Origin: an uncultured Actinomycetes bacterium
Lineage (GTDB): Bacteria; Actinomycetota; Acidimicrobiia; Acidimicrobiales; CAVTQP01
Direction: 5' to 3'
Length of the DNA stretch: 64,000 nucleotides
NCBI GenBank assembly: GCA_963736925.1
Contig: CAVTQP010000001.1
Span: 243,297 to 307,296, forward strand
Position 1 is the stretch's first letter. Every line of letters starts with the position of its first letter. Shown piece after piece: positions 57,775 through 64,000 of this stretch. Made by a program: the position numbers and the translations under genes. The notes below the pieces were generated by a model, which saw nothing but the letters and a program-made list of their open reading frames with translations, had not been told where the DNA came from and made no database searches.

Positions 57775-57935
57775 GATAGGGGGCTGCTGGGGAGGTTGAC
57801 CAATCTTGCGGGGGCTGCTGGTCTCGGGCCGGTGCGCTGAGAAATGCCACCACGGCCTGGTCGGGACCTCAACCGCAGGAATGGGCTGCCGAACCAGCGG
57901 CCTACCTCACAAGAGCCTCGTATCTCCCTTGTCGG

Positions 57936-59192
57936 TTATTTGCCGGATGCTCTGGCGACACGGTTCGAGAGTCGAGGCGTGGAGTCGACGGTGGCCTTCG
58001 CGTTCGCACCCATGAGCGCTATGCGTACGTCGCGCCAGAGTGCCGAGGCCTGCAACCAGCGGATCGCTCCCGCGCACGCCAGCACGATCAACATCAACGC
58101 CGGGGCAGCCATGAACCGGGCAGCCTGGAAGAAGTAGGGCAAGTACAAGGCCCCAGTCAGGGCAGTGACGAACAAAGTGAACTGGGCCGCCGGCTCGCGC
58201 CACCAGCGAAACGCCACCACCATGCCGACCAGTGACACGAGGGGTGGTGCGAATATCCACAGGCCCCCCCCGAGGACCATGATGTAGAAAAGCCAGTTGG
58301 GGAGCGCTCCAGCCGGGCTCGCCCCATGACAGGACACCACCACGTGGCAGAGCCATTTCTCTGCCCTGTGGTTGAGCTGGTCGGTGAAGATGTGGTCACC
58401 CTGTAGGGGGTGCTGGGTGACGAACGACAGAGAGAACATCTTCAAATGCGGCAACCAATAGCCGTAGCCAGTGCGCCATGGCCGTCCGAACGTCACCCAC
58501 TGGTAGGCAAGGAGGCCGACCACGGGAGGGGCGGCGGTAACGAGAGCGCGCAATCGGTCGCGGCCCCGCAGCACAATGAGCAGACTGGCGAGGATCACCA
58601 GTCCGCTGGCGCGGACCAGCAGTCCATAGCCGGCCAGAAACCCCCCGAGGTAGACCGCGAGCGGAGTGAGCCTCTTCACAAGCGCCAGCACGGCAACTGC
58701 CAGGGCGGCGGCGAACGCATCAGATAGCACGTAAAGGGCGCTCTCCTTCATGAAGGAGCCCGCCCCAAGCAGCGCCATCGCAAGTATCGCGGCCCATGGG
58801 CCACCAAGCTCGAGCGCCGCCCATGCCACCGCTACGACCATCAGGACCACAGTGAGCTTCGCCCCGAACTCGACGTTTCGCGGGAAGTGTCCGGCCAGGG
58901 CGAAGGGGACCAGAGCCAGTGAATAGCCCGGTGAGGAGCGAGGAGGGTTCTCGGCGTTGGCCCACCGAGCCGTCGAAGCGGTGTCACGGACCGGCGTTGT
59001 GTAGCCGCGCCCGTGAGCCAATTGATCAGCGCTGGTCACGTACTCCTGGGAATCGGGGAAGGGTTGGCTTCTGAGTGGGACCTCATGGCGAACGAGCAAC
59101 AGGGTCCCAATTAGAGCCAGCACCACGACTAGCAAGAGAGATGGCCAAACCTGTGGAATCAGCCGACGAGCATCGGCTAGTGAGACCGACAT
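57936..59192 (-). CDS. Polytopic membrane protein, GT-C-like glycosyltransferase (ArnT/PMT_2-like)
   Basis: 418 aa with more than 10 TM helices. An early extracytoplasmic loop (DSQEYVTSADQLAHGRGY) resembles GT39/GT83-family proteins. The family assignment was made by eye only. Confidence 0.55.
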   Translation of the reverse strand: MSVSLADARRLIPQVWPSLLLVVVLALIGTLLLVRHEVPLRSQPFPDSQEYVTSADQLAHGRGYTTPVRDTASTARWANAENPPRSSPGYSLALVPFALAGHFPRNVEFGAKLTVVLMVVAVAWAALELGGPWAAILAMALLGAGSFMKESALYVLSDAFAAALAVAVLALVKRLTPLAVYLGGFLAGYGLLVRASGLVILASLLIVLRGRDRLRALVTAAPPVVGLLAYQWVTFGRPWRTGYGYWLPHLKMFSLSFVTQHPLQGDHIFTDQLNHRAEKWLCHVVVSCHGASPAGALPNWLFYIMVLGGGLWIFAPPLVSLVGMVVAFRWWREPAAQFTLFVTALTGALYLPYFFQAARFMAAPALMLIVLACAGAIRWLQASALWRDVRIALMGANAKATVDSTPRLSNRVARASGK

Positions 59193-59303
59193 CGCCCCCC
59201 TTAAAGCTTCCGTCCGTGGTCCGACCCAAATGGTATCCGCGCCCTGACCGATGCAGCCCGCCCTGACCGAGGCAGCCCTTGCTCGCGTGCAGACTGGGCT
59301 CGC

Positions 59304-60119
59304 GTGCAGACTGGGGTTGTGAGCAACTCGATCTCGTTCGACAGAGCGGTCGACTTCTACGACGCCTCGAGGGCCCTATCCCCGGCCGCCACGGAGGAGG
59401 TGACGCGCCTGCTCGGCCAGGAGCTGCGTGGACGCGGGCAATGCCTTGAGATCGGGGTGGGCACGGGAAGGGTGGCTCTCCACCTGGGTGCAGGCGGTGT
59501 TCATATGGCGGGGGTGGATCTGTCGGAGCGCATGCTTCGCCGTCTGGTCGAGAAAAGTGACACGTCCCGAGGCTCGGGAGACTCACCGCTCGGATCGACG
59601 TCGTTACCGCTCGCTGTGGCTGATGCCACCCAACTTCCTTTTCGGTCAGGCTCGTTTGGCGCCGGGTTGGCGTGCCACGTGCTCCACTTGATTCCGGGCT
59701 GGAGGGACGCCGTGACGGAGGTGATCCGGGTGGTCCGAAGTGGTGGGGTCTTCCTTCTGGACCCAGGGGGCGGCCCGGGCGGTGACTGGCGGGCTGTCTT
59801 TCGTCATACGAGCGAGGTGCTGGGAATCGAGCAGCCCAGGGTCGGACTCATCGACATCGCGGAGCTGGACGAGTTCATGCGAGAGCGGGGCTACAAGGCG
59901 CGCGTCCTCTCCTCCGTGGTCGATCGAGCCACGAGGCCTCTGGCAGACGCGTTGCTGGAGCTGCAGAGGAGGATCTACTCCTGGACATGGTCGATCCCGC
60001 CCGAGCGGATGGAACAAGCCGTCGCCGCGACGCGAGATTGGGCGGCAGCGCACTTGGGAGACCTCGACGAACCACGAATGGTCGAGAAGGTGATCACATG
60101 GCGCGCCTACGACCTCTAG
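59304..60119 (+). CDS. Class I SAM-dependent methyltransferase
   Basis: Motif I (CLEIGVGTGRVALHL) and motif post-I (GVDLSERML). The GTG start lies inside the second copy of a 17-bp tandem duplication; an alternative GTG lies at 59319. Confidence 0.8.
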   Translation: MQTGVVSNSISFDRAVDFYDASRALSPAATEEVTRLLGQELRGRGQCLEIGVGTGRVALHLGAGGVHMAGVDLSERMLRRLVEKSDTSRGSGDSPLGSTSLPLAVADATQLPFRSGSFGAGLACHVLHLIPGWRDAVTEVIRVVRSGGVFLLDPGGGPGGDWRAVFRHTSEVLGIEQPRVGLIDIAELDEFMRERGYKARVLSSVVDRATRPLADALLELQRRIYSWTWSIPPERMEQAVAATRDWAAAHLGDLDEPRMVEKVITWRAYDL

Positions 60120-60734
60120 CGCGCTCCGGGTCCTTCGTGTGCTTAGTGCGTGTTGATGTGAACGAGCTTGGAATGGGGTGAGACTCGCACCTCTTGACGT
60201 TCGTGCCGGCCCGAGACTTCCTGGGCTATGCGCAGCTCACTTGCGGCGGCTCGTTCTCGCGCCTCATTGAGCTCGCGATCGTTGGTGATGACGCGGACGG
60301 ATGGGCTGCGAAGGTCTCCGGGCTTCTTGGACGAACGGTTGCTAGCCATGTCACCCAGTAGTACCAACGATCGGCTGAGATTTTGCCTTCGTACTCAAGT
60401 CTTCATCACCTCGACCGAGAACCGTTATCGGCGCCAGCGTCTGGCGTCGCTGCCAGGGCCCCGTGGGGCCGTCCCGCCCGGCCCGGCAAGGCCTCTTCCG
60501 CTACGACGGGGGCCGGGGCGAAGTGCCAGCTCTCCAGCGCTGGGGGACTGGGGTAGCTACGTCAGCCCCAGCCCGGTCCTCGCGAGACCAGGCTACAACC
60601 CGAGTCACCTCAACCGGGTCGCAACCGGTGGAAAGATTCGTCCCGGTCCCCTAGAGACCGTCAAGGGCCACAGATAGGATTGAGAGGCTGTTCGGAGGCG
60701 CTGTTCGGTCAGCTCCGTCAGCGACACCAACCAG

Positions 60735-60808
60735 GCGCTCGTAGCTCAACGGATTAGAGCATCTGACTACGGATCAGAAGGTTGGGGGTTCGAATCCCTC
60801 CGAGCGCG
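60735..60808 (+). tRNA. tRNA-Arg (anticodon ACG)
   Basis: Acceptor GCGCTCG/CGAGCGC, anticodon arm TCTGA-CTACGGA-TCAGA, T-arm GGGGG-TTCGAAT-CCCTC. Confidence 0.93.
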
Positions 60809-60819
60809 CACAGCTCCGA

Positions 60820-60947
60820 GACACGAGGGAAGGAACAGGGCCCGGAGGCGGCGCGAACCCGGACAAGGGCGAGGGACCGACGGACCGACCGAGCGGAAGC
60901 GAGGGAGGGAAGGAGGGAGCGAGCAGGAGGTTGGGGAAGGGAGCGTG
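60820..60947 (+). repeat. Polypurine (GA-rich, GGAGG/GGGA-rich) tract immediately 3' of tRNA-Arg
   Basis: About 130 nt with strong purine strand asymmetry. The core at 60886-60947 reads GAGCGGAAGCGAGGGAGGGAAGGAGGGAGCGAGCAGGAGGTTGGGGAAGGGAGCG. Confidence 0.6.
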
Positions 60948-61135
60948 CCTGAAGTCGCTCGCAACACCGAGCGGCAACCTCAGATCCACCTCGCTAGGAC
61001 TCGCCGCTGTTCGGTGCACGAGCCGCGCGAGAATGGGGTTACCGCGACTGGCGGCTGGGGGTGGAGCACCACCAGGGAGCCGTTGGCTCGGGACCGACCG
61101 CCTGGGTCCCATGCCGGGAAGAGCGACGGTGCTCC

Positions 61136-61957
61136 ATGTCGGTGTTCTCGCAGGTTGATGAGCTCGTCGAGAGTCCCGGGCGCTTGCTGAGGTTTCTCGA
61201 CCACGCCGCAGACGCGGAGGCGGGGATGAAGCACTATGTGATGGCAGCCCACGCCATGCGCGTCCCGAGGGGGCCGATTCTCGACGTGGGCAGCGGAGCC
61301 GGGCACGATCTTGTGCTGCTCGGGTCGGTGGGCTTGCGACCCGTGGGAGTGGATCCGAGCGCCGTGATGGTGAGCGCGGCAGCAGCGCGGACGGCCAGCC
61401 TGCAGGCGGGCCTTGCCCGCGGGACCGGAGAGCTCTTGCCGTTCCGAGATGGCGCCTTTTCGGGTTGTCGCATCGAGAGAGTTCTCATGCACGTCGAGGC
61501 CCCCGAGGTGGTTCTCGCCGAGGCCGTGCGTTGCCTTGAGCCGGGTGGGCTCATAACCGTGTTTGAGCCTGACTGGGACTCCTTTCGAGTCACCAGCGAG
61601 ATCTTCGACGAAACGGCCACCTGGCTCACGGGTGTGCGTCATCCAGGGATCGGAGGCCTGCTGTGGACACTGCTTGAGCGGGTGGGATGTGAGGTCCTTG
61701 ACAGGGTCGAGGAACGCTCTGTCTGGCGCAGCCTAGACGTGCTCGACCGCATCGTTAGGTTGGCGCCTGCGGTCGAGCGGGCTGTGAAAAAAGGCGCGAT
61801 CTCCAGAGCTGATGGGGCGCGGTGGGTAACCGAGCAGCGCAACCGCGAGGCCCGAGGCACGTTCCTCGCAGTGATGCCCAAGGTGCTCGTCGTTGCGAAA
61901 AAACCGCCTAGGACCGAACAGCATAGGGAGTCGTCAGGCGCATCCCAACGGAGGTAG
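61136..61957 (+). CDS. Class I SAM-dependent methyltransferase
   Basis: Motif I (ILDVGSGAGHDL) and a motif II/III region (FSGCRIERVLMHV ... LEPGGLITVFE). The start was trimmed to MSVFSQV. Confidence 0.84.
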   Translation: MSVFSQVDELVESPGRLLRFLDHAADAEAGMKHYVMAAHAMRVPRGPILDVGSGAGHDLVLLGSVGLRPVGVDPSAVMVSAAAARTASLQAGLARGTGELLPFRDGAFSGCRIERVLMHVEAPEVVLAEAVRCLEPGGLITVFEPDWDSFRVTSEIFDETATWLTGVRHPGIGGLLWTLLERVGCEVLDRVEERSVWRSLDVLDRIVRLAPAVERAVKKGAISRADGARWVTEQRNREARGTFLAVMPKVLVVAKKPPRTEQHRESSGASQRR

Positions 61958-62338
61958 GCCGGACGAGACCTTAGACGTAGCAATTACCTTGCCTGCTTGA
62001 TCGAGCGCGCTGACCGTGACGTTCGATCCGCTGATTTCATCTGGACTTGGCTCACGTGAGAAGTGGTAGGCCAACGTAGCCACACCCACGACGGGCTCCA
62101 TCTCATCGGTTCCGAGCTTGGCCCCAGCCTTGAAGTGTGCCACCACCTTGGCGGCACCTAGTCCCGTGGATACCACGACCTCTTCGGTGGTGCCTGCCCT
62201 AGGTCCTCCTCCTCCACCTCCGGTGCAAGGACGGTACCGAGTGGACTTCTTGGCCTGGCGATTAAGTTGCCGGAGGAGCCTGCACCTTCGGCGGGTGTCG
62301 AGGCTTCGTTTTGAACAAAATCCGCGGGGGGCACCTCG

Positions 62339-63821
62339 ATGGAGAAATCGGATTCATTAACGGATTCGGAGTTGGTGCGCGGGGCAACCTCCCGAGAGAG
62401 CCGTGCTTGTCCAGCAAGGCAGCGTCGATGCAATGTCTTGCTTCCAAACCCAGACTCTGATGTCCTGCTTCGTTGTGCGCACGAACAGCAGTTGGCCAGC
62501 TCCCTCTGGGGTAGCTGGTTGCGAGGGCGGGTTCGGCAGAATTCCCGTGGCACCTGGTCCAGGTTGTCCCGTTGTCTTCAACACCGTCGACGAACCATCT
62601 TGGAGCGTTACAACCGGGACCGCGACTGCCAAGGAGAGAACGATCACGAGCGCAACTACCCGGGCCAAGGCGCCGTCTCATTCCCGCTGACGGGTTCTAC
62701 CAATGGAAGCGGTCAGCAGGCGCCAGGAAGACGAAGCAGCCCTTCTATGTCCATTCTGGCGATGGCTCTCCGCTCGCGTTCGCCGGGCTGTGGGAGGTTT
62801 GGCAGCCGCCCCGTGGTGGCGTCGTTCAGAGGCAACAAGCAGATTCAGCATCCGCCCAGGCTCGTGTACAGCCCTCCTAACGTGGGCCTTGCCGGTCCAG
62901 ATACCAATGCCGCAGGACGGTGCAAAACCACTCAGTTTCCGCTCCGGGGTATGGGGTGATCGCGAATCGGCTGATAGTTCGCTGACCACCCTCTTGATCC
63001 CCGTAGAGCAAATCCACGATCAGTGGGCACCGCCCGGCGACTGCCGCCTCTACCCGGGGCCGGTCAGGGTCATCGGGTGATCTAATGGCTGCGTGCCAAA
63101 AACTGATGTCGCCGGGAGGCGAGTACAGGTCTCTTGTCTGCAAGCGGAAGGTGGTCGGGTCGGGACGAACCATGACGTCAGTTGCCAGCATCTGCTCGAC
63201 TGAAGCGTACGGGTCGAGTAACTGCGTAATGTCAACCCTCCAGCCGAGCAGGACACCAATGCCGGCTCCTACGTTCTGCAGCGACATAGCCATATAGACC
63301 ACGCCGTCTTTCTCCTCCAGCACGGCCCGGCCGTTCCGCAAAACGGCCCAGTGATCGTCCCCCCACCGGATCTTCTGGAAGGGCTCGTCAGGGCGTGAGG
63401 AGAAAAGGACGGGACGCAGACCCACCTGGAGAGCCTGCTCAGCATTGCGTCCCGCCCGGTTAGCAGAACGGACCGAGGCGAAGGTGGCCACGGCCAGCAC
63501 CAAGGTGCCCCCTGCCGTAGCCGCTGAAGCCCAGTCGGTCATGCTCCCAGGCTAGGGCCGGCCCGGAGGCGATCCTCTCTACTCCTGCTCGATCGTCACC
63601 ACCCGAGCCAACAAGGCCACGAGCAAGGTTCACAACCGCATGCTCGTCATTGTTCAGCCCCGATGACTGGGACGAATGGCTGGCGCCCGAGCGGCTAAAG
63701 GACGATGAACTGAAACGGCTCCTGTCACGGGCCCCCGAGGACCTTCTAGTGCTCGATCCGCACCAAGGTGAATAACCCCAAGAACTAGGGGCCGGAGCTA
63801 ATCAACACTCTCCACGCATAG
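62339..63821 (+). pseudogene. SRAP/YedK-like (SOS-response-associated peptidase) gene, decayed and interrupted by a ~0.7-kb insertion
   Basis: SRAP hallmarks are scattered over three frames: RCNVLLPNPDSDVLLR, FGRIPV...VVFNTVDE, LIPADGFYQWKR...KQPFYVHSGDGSPLAFAGLWEVW (about 62672-62806). After the insertion come GDPLYSCSIVTTRANKATSKVHNRMLVIVQP (from about 63571), DDWDEWLAPERL, and KVNNPKN*GPELI with an in-frame TAG. The Met-Cys start is lost. Confidence 0.75.
62877..63542 (-). CDS. Hypothetical protein with an N-terminal TM anchor, carried on the insertion inside the SRAP pseudogene
   Basis: 221-aa ORF with an ATG start. It has a TM helix (GGTLVLAVATFASV) followed by a ~190-aa soluble domain. 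No family was recognised. It occupies nearly all of the inserted DNA. Confidence 0.55.
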   Translation of the reverse strand: MTDWASAATAGGTLVLAVATFASVRSANRAGRNAEQALQVGLRPVLFSSRPDEPFQKIRWGDDHWAVLRNGRAVLEEKDGVVYMAMSLQNVGAGIGVLLGWRVDITQLLDPYASVEQMLATDVMVRPDPTTFRLQTRDLYSPPGDISFWHAAIRSPDDPDRPRVEAAVAGRCPLIVDLLYGDQEGGQRTISRFAITPYPGAETEWFCTVLRHWYLDRQGPR

Positions 63822-64000
63822 GTAGCCCAGCCGACCAGACTGCGACCACTAACCGCCCAGCCTCACCCTCAACAGCCGGCCAGGCCGAGGGCTAGGGAGC
63901 CTCAGCCGCGCCGGTAGCGTCATCTTGCCATGGCCCATTACGCCAACACCTTTGCCACCGAACGTGGTCGATGCCGGCACTAGCACTCGAACAAGCGGCT

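Larger units (their letters stand above)
55821..57830 (+). mobile_element. Bacterial group II intron (3' boundary approximate)
   Basis: The 5' end is GTGCGTCCAG. EBS2 AAGCGGGG (55977-55984) and EBS1 CGGATCT (56037-56043) are exactly complementary to the flanking 5' exon CCCCGCTT-AGATCCG (55806-55820). The RT/maturase ORF sits in domain IV, and domain V lies at 57742-57774. Confidence 0.85.

Noticed and set aside
57829-57840. A second CCGGTGCG after the intron, which might mark the 5' end of a tandem second intron copy.
   Set aside because: The sequence after it does not continue like the intron 5' end (GTGCGTCCAGCAGC versus GTGCGCTGAGAAAT), and no further domain I sequence follows.
60143-60367. 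A 74-aa hydrophilic ORF on the minus strand between the methyltransferase gene and tRNA-Arg.
   Set aside because: It has no recognisable motif, no clear RBS, and lies in a lower-GC non-coding-looking region. Evidence is insufficient to call a CDS.
61934-62668. Minus-strand ORF pieces: a signal-peptide-like 62357..62668, an acidic 62158..62553, and 61934..62176. Together they could form a frameshifted secreted protein.
   Set aside because: The 62357..62668 piece is antisense to the N-terminal half of the SRAP pseudogene and is probably a shadow ORF. The remaining pieces need two frameshifts, have no recognisable family and overlap the methyltransferase 3' end. They were left unannotated.

Overview
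This window looks like the chromosomal origin region of a high-GC Actinomycetota genome. Gene content and order look Acidimicrobiia-like, but taxonomy cannot be confirmed from the sequence alone. The conserved backbone runs dnaA (5'-truncated), a DnaA-box cluster, dnaN, recF, dciA (DUF721), gyrB, gyrA, a DUF3566 gene and tRNA-Ile. Further on it has crgA, trpG/pabA, pknB, pbpA, pstP, fhaB, fhaA and tRNA-Leu. Between these lie housekeeping and accessory genes: three ABC systems, an SBP56 selenium-binding protein, pirin, a UbiA prenyltransferase, uppP, a thiolase, ppa, a STAS/anti-sigma/sigma module, a copper amine oxidase with an S9 peptidase, larB and larC, pheA and a CoA-transferase. There are six tRNAs. 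The main accessory or unusual content is as follows. (1) Between tRNA-Ile and tRNA-Ala sit two large surface-repeat genes (267-bp and 153-bp near-identical tandem repeats) whose Q/N/G/S-rich domains resemble chaplin or curlin repeats, plus a decayed duplicated copy. (2) larC is split by a frameshift at the domain junction. (3) A segment flanked by tRNA-Ser and tRNA-Arg carries an IS110 element, a group II intron with intact IBS/EBS pairing, methyltransferases and a GT-C-like membrane protein. (4) A decayed SRAP (YedK-like) gene is interrupted by a ~0.7-kb single-gene insertion. Several small tandem repeats, an orphan terminator (candidate sRNA) and DnaA-box-like palindromes are also noted. All calls come from reading the translations and the sequence by eye. 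No database search was run.
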